64,000 bases of DNA from Salpingoeca rosetta (taxonomy: Eukaryota > Protista > Choanoflagellata): NCBI GenBank assembly GCA_033442325.1, contig JAWQFM010000001.1:542410-606409 (forward strand), read 5' to 3'. Shown here piece after piece: positions 26,313 to 39,011 of this stretch (position 1 is its first letter; every line of letters begins with the position of its first letter). A program made the position numbers and the translations under genes. The notes under the pieces were generated by a model, which ran no database searches, was not told the origin of the DNA, and saw only the letters and a list, made by a program, of their open reading frames with translations.

Positions 26313-26617
26313 GGTGATCATGTGTGCTCCGTCTGTCACTTGCGTGTCTCAAGTGCGCGCCATCCCCAATCCCTCATGGTGCTCACGCCTTCTTTTGTTG
26401 CCCGCTTGCTTCCAAAGACGCGTCGTCTGCCGCTCGGCCCCGACTGGACACGACTGCGACTGTTGCAAAGCCGCAACAGCAGCAGCAGCAGCAGCAGCCG
26501 CCGGACGCGGCGTCTTCGGGTTCAACGCGCTCACCCGCAACCCAGAGGAAGCAGCAGCAGCAGCAGCAGCCCAAGCAAGTCAAGGGCAAACGTTCCATTT
26601 TCGGCTTCAAGCGCTAG
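11409..26617 (+). CDS. Beta-heavy spectrin (karst/SMA-1/SPTBN5-type), ~4564 aa, 8 exons: 11409-11923, 12142-12257, 12493-12650, 12931-24510, 24699-25637, 25800-25895, 26103-26193, 26418-26617
   Basis: Tandem CH actin-binding domain (EREQVQKRAFTRWIN; IVDGNPRLILGLIWTIILRFQ; SAKEALLYWCQ). Roughly 30 spectrin repeats. SH3 inserted in an early repeat (ALHAYASRSKNELSFQKGD..DWW..GYVPANFV, ~14605-14772). Partial tetramerisation repeat (DALLKKHEDFERSLAAQTER). PH domain (GALHRK..RSWK; NYSKRPHVFEL; MEAWIGAI). Basic-aromatic tail KGKRSIFGFKR*. Confidence 0.92.
17242..17301 (+). repeat. Coding CAG/CAA poly-Gln tract in spectrin
   Basis: About 20 consecutive Gln codons inside a loop insertion. Confidence 0.9.
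19816..19884 (+). repeat. Coding (CAA)n(CAG)n poly-Gln tract in spectrin
   Basis: About 23 consecutive Gln codons. Confidence 0.9.
25991..26090. other. Assembly gap (100 N); further gaps at 38491-38590, 46053-46152 and 59265-59364
   Basis: N runs adjoining microsatellites. Confidence 0.99.
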
Positions 26618-27414
26618 GGCGGTGATAGGTAGACGTGTGTGGAGGGGGGGGGGTGTTTGATGGGGAGACAGAAAGAGCTCGGCTGTGATTTTATTCAGGA
26701 CCACGCGAATAAACATTCAGAGAAGACAGCAGCATTGCGCGTATGTAAGAAGGTTCGGGGGCGGGGGCGCAGCGTGAGCTAAAAAAAAAAAAAAAAGAAA
26801 AGAAAAAAGAAAACTGGGGAAGAGGAAGCGCAGGCAAAGACGGCAAGTGGTGGCGTTCAGTGTGTGGTGAATGGTTCTCGCTGGCGGCGTGTGCACTCCC
26901 GCTTTCTGCTTGCAGGTTGCGTGTGTTGATTTTCAGGCGATGCAGCTGTTGTCTTTGTTATTGTACTGAACGTACAGTGGTCAAGCTGCGTGGTCTGAGT
27001 TGGGGCTTGTGAGAGGGGTACGCTGCTTGTGCGTTGGGGCAAGGTTCACGACATGGAGTAATGTGACATTCAGTTGTGTCAGTTATGGTTTGGGCTGCTG
27101 TTGGCATGCGCGCGCGTGTGTGCGTACGTGCGTGCGTGCGTGTGTGTGTGTGTGTCGTTTCTCTCCATGCAGCCATGCAATGCACTATTTGTCGACACTG
27201 TCGCTGTCACACTGTACGAAGAGCGGTCCTGTGTTTGTGTACGGGGCAGAGGAAAAAGGCACAACAAAAGGGAGTGTGAACGAATGGGAACCTACGAAGC
27301 AACGACACAACAAGCAATGAAAAAAAAAAAAAAAAAAACACTAACAAACAGCTGGAGACAAGGGAGATCAATCGAAGAGGAGGAAGAAGCACCGATCAGG
27401 AATGCGGAAGCGGC

Positions 27415-29404
27415 TTAGTTGAGGCTGCCCAATTGCTTCTGCAACTCGTCCAAATCAAGATCATCGGCGCCCTCCACAAATCCAGAGGTCTGCAGTCATA
27501 AAGAGGACACACACGCACACACGAAACGCATCGCCACAATATGTCAGCAACAAGCACGGCTGTTCAGAACGCGGCGTCTGAACACAACACAACACAACAC
27601 AACACAACACAACACAACACACATACACGCAAGTGCACGTACCCCTTCCTCCTGCTGCGGCTTGTCTGTGTGGTCGTGTTCGTAGCGAAGGCCCGGCGCA
27701 ACGGCCGTCTTGTCTTCCTCAGGAGCAGACTCGTCCACAAGGCAGATGCCAAACGTCTCCTCGTGCACGACTGGCGTGAAGAAAGCGCAAGATGCGCAGC
27801 CACATACATGAGCACGGCAGTGTACCACAATGTCAGTGATCGACCAACACATAGCAATGGAAGGGAGATCTTATCTGCACAGTCACACACACACACACAC
27901 ACACATACACACACACACACGTACACGCATGCACACTCACACGTGCACGCACACACACGTACACACACACACACGTACACGTACACGCACAACGCACCTG
28001 GTGCCTCCTCCTGTGCCTCCTGTGCCTCGTCTGGTTCGGCGGCCTTCCTCTCTGCATACTCCTTCTGCGCCGCCTGACAGTCGTCGACGCTACAGTCTGG
28101 GTTGGGCTTCATTGTGTACTGCGGGAAGAAATCAGAGAGGGCGTTGTAACCGAGATAGTCGCTCACTTTGCCAAACTGCAGCAGATACCTGCACGTGCAA
28201 AGGTGTGCCAGGGCGGGTCGAGAATGGGCGTGTGCATGTGCACGCGAACATATACGCGGGTGAGAAGTGAGCCAGAAGCGATGCACACCACAACCATTTC
28301 GTGCTGAACAGTAAAACCAAAGATGCAAAACACAAAACGAAACAAAAACAAAACACAACACAACAAGAACAGCTCTTCAAGGCCCAGCAGTGGGTCGGCC
28401 GGTCGGGTGGTCGTAGTGCCATATGACACAAGCAACTCCATCCCCCCCCCCAATGTCAAAGCACGATTCACCGCACTTGAGAGCGTTTTGAACGAGGAGG
28501 CCGGCAGTGATGCCCATGGTTGTCGGGAGCGACGCAGCGCACACCCCCTCCCTACACGCCAGAGAACACACGGCAGTGGAGCAGGAACAGTCATAGCGAA
28601 AGAGAGAGAGAGAGAGAGAAAGAGGGTGTGTGTGTGTGTGTGAGCGAGAGTCGCGTCAAAGCAATGAGCCCTTGGTGCAGCTGAGGGTGCTGGTGCTAAG
28701 CGTCGTATCGCCTCACCTCTTGAGCGTTCGCTCGTCAATCTCCGACGCAACGACAAGTGGCGGTGCGCACTGGAATACGTGGTGTCATGTGCAGATGTGC
28801 GTGTACAAGCGTGTCATCGTGAGTTTGTGTCAGTGTTTGTGCGCGTTTGGTTATGTGCATGTGAGCGAGAAGACACACACACACACAAACAACACACATA
28901 CAACACACACACACAAGCACACACAAGCACACACACACATACACGTGGACATGCATATGTAGGCACGACCAACCTCGAAGCAAGCCGTGCGGCCTGGGGA
29001 GATGAACTGAATGTGGCCTGAGACGGCATTCTCGCTCACGCCAGACTCAATCCAATCCTGCCGAAGCTCCATGCACGCCTGCACCACCACGCCGCGAGCA
29101 CAGGCAGCGTGAGGAAGGGCATGTGCATGCATGTGTGTGCGTGCGACGGTACGTCGTGTGGCGGGTGCATGATGCATGCTCATGCTGTGTTGTGCAGGGA
29201 GGCGGCAGCACTGGAGGCTTGTACGCCACCGGCAGCAACTGCCACCTCCTTCACACATCCTCTTCCTCCTCTTTTATCAACTTGTACCCTGTTGACGGCA
29301 ATGCGGGCGCCAAAGTTGTCGACGCATCCGAGCACAAGCGAGACGGCACCATCGTCGATACCGCCGGTCCTGTACACACGCACACACACACACACACACA
29401 CACA

Positions 29405-29440
<36 letters not shown>

Positions 29441-30760
29441 TACACGCGCACACACATACACACACATACACATGACAGGAACTGGTGAGCAGTGTGCGTT
29501 GTACCCGGTTCGTGCGTCTGTAGCGTTTGCTTTGCACAGGTGGCCAGCGGGCATGGTAAACGGAACATGCACGCGTGGAAACTGACTTGATGATGTCCAT
29601 GAACTTGGGGTAGTTGTCCACAGTGGTGATGTCCATGCAGTATGCCTCAATGTCAACATCAGGGTTGATGAAGCCAAGCGTGCGCTTTGCAGCTTCCACC
29701 TTGAGGATGAACACGGGAGCACGTGGACGGCGTGAGCAAGAGCGCTGCGGTGCCGTGACGATGTGGCAAGAAAGAACTGCCTCAGATGCATTTGCATGTG
29801 TTCACACGCAATTGTTGACATAGTGGCTTTGCGCACACAGACATACAGACACACAGGCACATGCACGCAGACACACACAGAGAGAGAGAGACACACACAC
29901 AGGCACATGCACGCAGACACAGAGAGAGAGACACACACACACACACAGAGAGACACACACTCATACACACATTCATACACACACAGACATGCACACATGC
30001 ACACATGCGCACCTTCGTCAAGCCGGCTTGGTGTGGCTGGAAAAAGAGGCGGTTCATGTTGGCCATTTCAACCTTGTCGTAGTCAAACATGATCAACTGC
30101 GAGCGAGCAAGCATGCGTTGAGGGTGAGCAATCTACAGCTTTGGCAAAGCAAAGGCGTCGCACAACAAACAGCTTGATACGCAACAGCACACAAAGAGCA
30201 GCAAGCATATAAAGTGTGCCGGTGGGTTGGTTTGTTCATGGCAGCGGATCATCGGAGACTGCCCGAGCGACCACGCACCTTTCCAACGCCACAACGGGTC
30301 AGCATCTCTGCAGTGACACTGCCTACGCCGCCAACGCCAACCACAACAACAGCGGCCTTGCGGATATCCTCGTACCGCTCCACAATCTTCATGCGCTGCA
30401 GCGCCATCAGCCGGCTACAGGCAGGCATGAACGTATGCGCGGGTGTGCATGGGTGTGTGTGTGTGTGATCGTGTGCATGAGGGTATCGTACGCGCGCATG
30501 TGCATGAGGGTATCATGTGTGAGCGTGGTTGTATGTGACATGCACACATACACATGCACACACTCATTCACACGCACACACATGGACACACTCATACGCA
30601 CACGCACACGCACACACCTGTAAGGGTTGGAGTCCACGACTTCGGCGCTCATGTGTGCGATGCGGGGGCGTGCCTGCTGCTCTGCGACGCGAGCCTTGAG
30701 CTCAGCCACCTCTGCGCGTAGCCGCTCATTCTCAACCTTCAAGTCCTCCGCAGACGACAT
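27415..30760 (-). CDS. UBA5: UFM1-activating E1 enzyme UBA5, ~394 aa, 11 exons: 30760-30618, 30414-30279, 30096-30013, 29699-29587, 29369-29288, 29078-28974, 28769-28717, 28551-28477, 28188-27998, 27770-27643, 27489-27415
   Basis: [76 protein letters not shown], catalytic [17 protein letters not shown], and the C-terminal [12 protein letters not shown] helix. Confidence 0.96.
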
Positions 30761-31102
30761 TACTGTTACGTTGTGCTGCTCTGTTTTGAGTGTGTGCTCT
30801 GCGCGTGTGTGGTCTGTGGTGTTTGTGGTGTGCCGTGTGCTGTGCTGTCTTCTTGGTGTCTCTGTTGTTCTTGTGCGACGTCGTTGTATCTTTTTGTATG
30901 TCGTGTCGTCGTGCGCTCCGCCTGTGTTTCTGCAAAGTCAGCGAAACCTGTGTTTTCGGGCCTGTCGTCGCAGCACTCACTCACCCATTTCCCACAGGCC
31001 ACACCCACACGCCCAACAGCCCTCACATCCTTCAGTCCATCCCTTGCCCGTGAAGTGTGTGCTTGGTTGCTTGCGGTGTGGCGACATCAGCAGCCGTCAT
31101 CG

Positions 31103-31265
31103 TCACGTCAGCGTTCGTGACTGTTCGTGAAAAGGGGGCGTGGAGCAGAGCCGTAGAGGGCACTGACGACAGACGCAAACACACTGCACTGGTGGCAAGT
31201 CTTTTTTGTTTCTCTTTTTGTTTGACGTGAGTGTGGGGGGACGTCACATCATCCGGTTTACGTCA
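31103..31265. promoter_or_regulatory. Cluster of four TGACGT-core bZIP (CRE/UPRE-like) sites in the UBA5/aGPCR-1 divergent promoter
   Basis: TGACGTGA (-) 31103-31110; TGACGTGA (+) 31223-31230; TGACGTCC (-) 31239-31246; TGACGTAA (-) 31258-31265. Confidence 0.5.
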
Positions 31266-31551
31266 TCATCCCAGCATATCTCAAAGCAAGGGAAAAGCAG
31301 TTTCGCTTCCCAGTGCAGTGCGCAGCCAGCTTCGTGAGCCGTTTGCTTTGGAGCGAGGCGTGTTTGCGACCGAGCGAGGGTGATTTGACAACACTTGTTT
31401 GAGTGTTTGGGTTTCCACTCATCCACCTTCTGCAGGAGCTCCTCCTTCTTGTCTTGCAAGCCATTTTCTCCATCATCGACCTCGACGACCTGGCACTGTC
31501 GAAGGCGCATCACAGTGCCGCTGTTTGCTTTGCACAAGCACAAGCAAGAAG

Positions 31552-32005
31552 ATGGAGCGCCGCACAGCGCTCACCGTGCTCTTGGCGGCGATCGCCGGCC
31601 TTGGTCTCGTTCTCGGTGGTGCGGAACTAGCCACCGCTGCACCTGACGGCTGCAACGCTTGCCGTGAAGTGGCATCTGAGGATCCAACACCAGGCCTCTA
31701 CCTCTCCCTCGACTACAACCCGTAAGTTTCAAAGCGAAGATGCGCTGATCGATCCGCTGCCTGGGGTTGGTTGCGTTATCCTCGTGAAAATGCGCAGATG
31801 CTCATGTGCGCTGTGTTCTGCTGTGGCTTTTGCAGGAACGACAACAGCACCTTTCACGAGGACACTGGCATTTGGAACATCAACGGCAATTCCTCCAAGG
31901 TACGTGCACGTGCTACCAGGGGGTGCCTTCGGCGTTCGCCTGGACAAAGTTTGGTGGAAGGGGGAGGGGTCTGGGGGTGGAACGGCCCGCAAGTGTCCGT
32001 CCTTG

Positions 32006-32065
<60 letters not shown>

Positions 32066-32107
32066 CACACACACACACAGACACACAGACAGACAGACAC
32101 ACACACG

Positions 32108-32142
<35 letters not shown>

Positions 32143-32389
32143 TGGCACGTTTGACGACGCTGAGTTGACTCGCTTGTTGTCGCTCCACTGCAATTGCCTT
32201 TGGTGCGGTAGATTCTGATTGAATCTGAGGTGCACAACTACGTCATTGTCAGCTACCGCCTGACCTTCCCCGCAGGCTGTTGCACGGCCTCTCACGCCAG
32301 CGTCGAGCTCTATGCGCAGTACGTCCCGCACCGCCTGCTGTTGAAGTATCGCTTGTCTCAACACGCCACACGCTGCCATCCTACGGCCC

Positions 32390-32480
<91 letters not shown>

Positions 32481-32665
32481 GAGACGTATCAAGGGTCTTT
32501 CATGCGGCTGAATGGTGCCACGAATGTTCCCATCTCCCCAGACATGACACTCGAGCTGCCCGCGTGTAACAATGCCCCGCTTCAGGTACACACAAGTGGT
32601 GCCATGTGTCTTGTGTGTCACGTCTTCCGTCTTTCACGTCAAGTGCACCCTGCACACTTAACCCT

Positions 32666-32742
<77 letters not shown>

Positions 32743-35554
32743 CACACGCACACACACACACACGCACACACACACACTCGTTGTCCCACCCACAAATGCA
32801 CACACACATACTCGTTGTCTCACCCACAAATGCACACACACACACACACCAGTCGTGGATGACGTACGCGCTGCATGTGCGGCCTGAAGGGGGCGGAACA
32901 CTCACGGTGAGCGACATTCAGCTCATCCGGCAGACGTGCAACCGCACATCCGGCGGGGACGTGTTTGGTGTCATTCCACACCGCGTTGACGAATCGAGCG
33001 ACATCACCATCTACGGCGACTCAATCAACATGTACCACAACCTCGTGGCCGTGTACCCGCCGTCAGCCGGCATCACGGGCGCCAGCGTCAAGAGCTCCAC
33101 GTCCGGCAAGGCTGTGGTCTCCATCCACCCGTACCTGAACAACTTCGAGACCCTGGCAGACGTCAAGTTTGTGCTGACGTCCTCCCTTGGATTCGCCTCA
33201 CCCATCACCATTGAGAACGCCGTGCGGGTTGGGCCGTTCCCCGCCATCACTTTCATCACGCCAAGCTTCGTCTCCCCACCAGAACAGGCCACCGTCGGCG
33301 GCAGCGGCTTTTACGGCAGCAGCGGTGGTGTTCGCGCCGTTCTGACGCTGGACAATGGACAGCTCTCGCTGCCCAGCAAGTACGAGCTGCAAGTCGACTT
33401 TGCCAACGACACCATGGTCACGTTCACCGTGGGTGCGGGCGTGCCCAATGGCGCGTACTTGCTCACCATCAGCAACGCCGACGGCGACACGGCAACCATC
33501 AACGCCTTCATCGTTGCAGGCGCCCCCGTCATCACAGCTGTCCAGCCGCCACAGGGCCGGCCGTCGGACCTCGTCACCATCATTGGCCGCAACCTCAATA
33601 TGGTCTCAGATGTCGACTTTGCCACAGATGGTTTGGAGGTCACCTCAAGCAATGCTACACACATCATTGCGCGGCTGCCACAGTCCCCAGCTGCCACGCG
33701 CGCAAACATCACCGTCAGCACCTTTTCTGGCTCTGCACTCTACTCGTACCCGCTGCTGGTGGTCACGCAGATCACGCCGAGCGCGCCAGTCCCAGGGCAG
33801 CTGGCGAACATCCACATCTCCAACATCGAATCCCAGCCGGCGTCGTTTGTCGACCGCGTCACGGTTGATGGTGCCATCGCTCCCATCACTGGCTTTGCCA
33901 ACGGAGCCATCACCATCGACATGCCGTCGCAGTTCCTGAACAGCACTGGCATTGCCGTCATCTTGGCCGACGGCCGCACCATCCAGGCGTCGCTGGGTGT
34001 AGGCGTCCTCTTTCACACCATGACGCCGCGTGTTGGCGTGCCTGCCATGGAGGTCACGTTCAAAGGCCAGTTTGATGGGCTCGACCTGAATCCCTACTCC
34101 ATAACTCTGGCGGGCACGCAAGTCGGGTCCGTGAAGAAGTCGACACCAACCGAGATTGTCGTCGCGGCCGACGCTTACAAGGGCAACACACCACCCAATG
34201 GTGGTGTTTCGGTTATCATTCAGCCGGACACGGTGGCGCTGCCGCAGTTCTCCTTCACGTATGTGACCCCGGCCATCACCGCCATCTCCGCCCCAGTCAC
34301 TTGGGAAGGGCACATCTTGACGTTGTACGGCGTCAACCTCATCGCACCCTCTGAGCCGTCCATCCTGTATGGTGTTGCACTCGACAACTTTGAGAAGTAT
34401 CCCATGACCATCCTGGCTGCCAGTGACACCCAGATGGTTGTTCGCACCCCAGCAGATGTCACGCCCAATCCCCAGCCGGCACAATTGCGGTTGGTCTGGA
34501 GCGACACCCTTGCCACAGTTGCAATTGGACCCACCATCATCCCCACACCGCAAATCACCGGCCTGGCATCTGCCACGGCCCTGCCGTCGCAGGTGGTGGT
34601 GCTGCTTGCGGAAGACATCCCGCTCGGGTACGGGTTCCAGGGCGCAGTGTACATTGCCGGCACGCAGGCAGTTGTCCTGGACATCACAACCACCAACATC
34701 ACCGCCATTGTGCCGCCCACGGCCCGCTCAACAGACAACGCCGACGGCAGCGGGGCGGTGGACCTGGAGGTGTACGTCGACAACTCGCCCGTGCAGGTGC
34801 AGGGCAGCGCAGCGCTGTCGCTGTACGCGCCCGTGCAGATCACGGAGGTGACGCCGATAACGGTGTCTGAGGGCGTGCGTGTGACGCTGACTGGCCAGTC
34901 GTTTGTGGCTGGGGGCGTGGACGCGACGTCTGTGACGGTGGACGGGGTGGATGCTGTTGTGGAGAGCGTGACGGAGACGGCGATTGTGCTGCGCATGCCT
35001 GCGCTGGCGAGCCGGGTGGGAACGCGGGCGGACGTTGTGTTCTCTGTGCGGGCGACGGCGCTGTATGGGTCGCCGAGAGTGCAGGTGACGCGGTCTGTGC
35101 GCGTGATTTCATCTGGCGGCATCACGGAGGTTGTGCCAGCCAAGTGGAAGGCCGGGGATGTGGTGCGGATCTCGGCGCAGCGGGGCACGGCACTGAGCAC
35201 GCTGGTTGACATTGGGGCGTCTGTTGTGTCGCGGGTGTTGTTTGGGGAGACTGAGCTGCCAGTGGTGAGGGTTGGGAACGGGGCCATTGTTGTGCAGCCT
35301 GGGGCGGCTGGGAACGCGCTTGCTGCTGGGGACCCGCTTGCGATTGAGCTTGTGAACGGGGCGTATGTGCGCGTGGCGAGCACGACGTGCCGGTGTGAGG
35401 CGAGCGTGATTGGTGGCGTGTCGTGGCCGGGGGTCATTGGCTGCACTGTGCCCTCGCGCACATCCTGCAGAGGCCCCGGCGTCCTTCCAAACCGATTTGC
35501 TTATCGCTATTGCACTCTCCGAGTGAGTTGCGTGCTCAACATGTGTGTGGTTGC

Positions 35555-35592
<38 letters not shown>

Positions 35593-36565
35593 GTGTGTGA
35601 CTACCTTCGAGCTTTGTAGTTGACCCACATGTTGATGATCATTTGTTATATTTCCACTTCTCACCCCGTGTTGATGCGGCAACGTTGTTGTTGGTGCTAT
35701 TGTGCATCCTCAGGATGTGTTTTCGGCAACCGTGAACACGACGGAGTGCGTGAACCAGAAACTGCGTGATCTGACGACCCGCACCATCTCCACTGACACC
35801 GTCAACTCCGTACTGGAGGAGCTCACCAACATCACCCAGCATGCGCCGCTTTTCGCGCCAGACGACGTTGGTAACGCCTACAGCATCATCACAAACGCAA
35901 CCGGTCTCCTTCGCACAAAGAAGCTTGGGCGTCGCACCTTCCAGCTCATTTTCCGCGGCGCGAGCGACCTGATGGCTGTCGATGGCTCTGTGCTGGAGCA
36001 GTCCGCACGCACGCGGGGCACCCCTGTTAGCCGCATCCCTTCGATTGTGGAGCGCTGGACGGACGGGCTCGTTGACGTGTTGTTGGATGACCAGGCGTCT
36101 GTGCAAGTGGAGGAGAACATCATCTTCCTCGCGTACCGCTTTGGTTCTGCACGCGCGGCGTTCAAGGGCAGCGCCAACCAGGTCAACTCGTCCTGTGCGG
36201 GATGCAGCGTGCAAGAGGCTGGCGGCGGGAATATGCCCCTGCTCGTGTCGTCCCCCGTCAACTACAGCATTTCTTCCACAGATGTACAGGGTGTCTCTGT
36301 CACGCTGTTCCGCGATTCGCGCCTGTTTGCTGGGGGCCAAGTGAGCAACCCCGTCCGCAACAGCACAACTGAGGCGGCCTCCCTGCTCAACCAGACGTTT
36401 GTCGACTCCCCCGTCATCTCCATCCAAACACGGCGGCTGGATGGCGTCCCATTTGAGGGAGAGGTGCGTTTTCGTTGCTCGCGCGTGTGTTTGTGTCTGT
36501 GCGTGTGCATGTGCTTGCGCTTGCGCCCTTGTGAACCTGTGTGTGCGTGTGCTTGTGGTTGCGTG

Positions 36566-36611
<46 letters not shown>

Positions 36612-38431
36612 CCATGTGCGTACGGGTGTATGTGTATGCGGGGTTTGTGCTCGTGAGCTGCCGTTGCGCTTTCCCCTCACTTGCGCTTCGCTCCACCCTG
36701 TGCATGGTGTCAGGTTGAGTTCAGCCTTCCAGTTGGCTATCTCGACAACAACACTGCAGGGGAACGCGTGTGTTCATTCTGGCGTGTGCCAAGAGCATCA
36801 GGCGAGAGCGCGGGCTGGTCTGATGTTGGCTGTCAGCCGGTCTCCATCAAGGACGGCTTCCTGACGTGCCGGTGCAACCACCTCACCAACTTTGCCATCC
36901 TCGCCAACTTTGGAGGCGGCGGTTCCACATCATCCACGGACAAGAAAGCCCTGAGCTTCATCACGTACATTGGTGTTGGGGTGTCTGTGTTCTGCATGGT
37001 GCTGACGGTTGGCGTGTACCTGTGGTACAAGCGGCTGCGGGAGGACCTTGGGCGCATCATTGTGATGCACCTGTGTGTGACGCTGACGATATCGCTGTTG
37101 TGCTTTGCCTTTGGCATTGAGGAGACGAGCCACACGGACACGTGCACGGCGATTGCGATTGTGCTGCACTACTTTCTGCTGAGCGCGTTTGCGTGGATGG
37201 TGGTTGAGGGGTATCACCTGTACTCGACGTTTGTTGTTGTGTTTCACGGGAGCCACCGGTCTGACCGGCGGCAGCACGTTCGGTTTGCGGCGTTTGCGTA
37301 TGGCGTGCCGGCGCTGATTGTGCTTGCGACGGGCCTTGTGATTGGCGAGGAAGGGTGAGTTGCTGCTGCGTGTGGCGTGTGGTGTGCTCTCTGCGCGCGC
37401 GCGCGCGTGTGTGTGTGCCTGTGTGCCTGTGTGGTTGTGTTGTGTGTGCGCGTGCGCGTGTGTGTGCTTCTGTGTGGCTGTGATTGCTTGATTGCAGTTT
37501 TGTGTTTGCGTGGTTATGTGTGTTGTTCTTTGCGTTTGGTTGTTCCGTCGCCATGCTGCACAGACGGTGCATGTTGCACCCCACAACACCTCACACATCC
37601 CATACGAACACACACACACACACACCTCACACATATGTTAGGTACGGGTATGAGGATGCGTGCTGGCTGCCAACGAAGAACTATGAGATTTGGGCGTTCC
37701 TTGGTCCAATGTGCTTGGCCATCCTTGTGAACATTGTGTTTTTCGTTCGCATCATGCGCTCGATCCTGAGCGTGAGCGTGGCTAATGCCGACAAGGCGAC
37801 ACGGCAGCGTTTCATCCGCGGGTGTGTGTGTGTGCTTGTGTGTGTGTGCTTGTGTGTGTGTGTGCTTGTGTGTATGTATGCGTGTGTGTTGCTTGTGTAC
37901 CTTGTCCATGTTTGTGTATGCTTGGTGCGTGCATGCGTGCGTGTGTCTGCGTTGTGAGACATTGTGTGAGGTGATGCAACGATGCTTGTGTATGTGACAC
38001 TGACATGTGCCTGTGCATGCCTGCTGTTTTGCTGCAGCGTGCGAGCGAGTGCGTCGTTCCTGTCCATCATGGGCGTGACGTGGGTGTTTGGGGCGCTTTT
38101 GTTTTCTGGTGCCGTTGCCGTCCAGTACCTGTTTACCATCTTCAACGTCTTCCAGGTGTGTATATGTGTGTGTGTGTGCACGTGTGTGTGCATGTGTGTG
38201 TGTGTGTGCACGTGTGTGTGTGCCTTGTGTGTTGGTTTTGTGAGATGCACGTGGGTACTCCAAGATGTGTTTTGTGTTCATGCGTGTTGTGCAGCAATAA
38301 TCCACGTGATGGTGATGTCTGCGCTTGTTGTTCATGTGGCTTATTGCTTGCCTACATAATTCCTGGATCGTCTGCTCAACTCTCTTGTCTCTGGTCTCTA
38401 TGCCACAACACAAACACACTCACACACACAA

Positions 38432-38490
<59 letters not shown>

Positions 38491-38904
38491 NNNNNNNNNN
38501 NNNNNNNNNNNNNNNNNNNNNNNNNNNNNNNNNNNNNNNNNNNNNNNNNNNNNNNNNNNNNNNNNNNNNNNNNNNNNNNNNNNNNNNNNNCCTCGTGCAG
38601 CGCAGTCCCTTGTTTCCATCTCCCCATCCCCATGAGTACAAATCATCACTGCTCAACCGCTACATACCGTACCCCTCCCCTCTTTTCTTGCTGCAGAAAC
38701 TTATTCGTCAGGCGCGTACATCTTTCGTTCATATCTCCTCACATTCGTGATGGTGTGGATTGGGTTTGGATGGGGATTTGCATTGCTGCCGATTCTCCTC
38801 GTTGCAAAGGTCATCATCACCGTCACCACATTACGGTCAGTGTAACACCAAACGCCACAGCTGAAGACCATTTGCACCGTAGTGAGTGACACTTGTTGGC
38901 CTTT

Positions 38905-38946
<42 letters not shown>

Positions 38947-38950
38947 CTAA

Positions 38951-39011
<61 letters not shown>

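Noticed and set aside
38591-38900. Extra unique sequence in an aGPCR-1 intron that is absent from the paralogous intron
   Set aside because: Bounded by a gap and microsatellites, with no coding or terminal-repeat signal; cannot be distinguished from misassembly.
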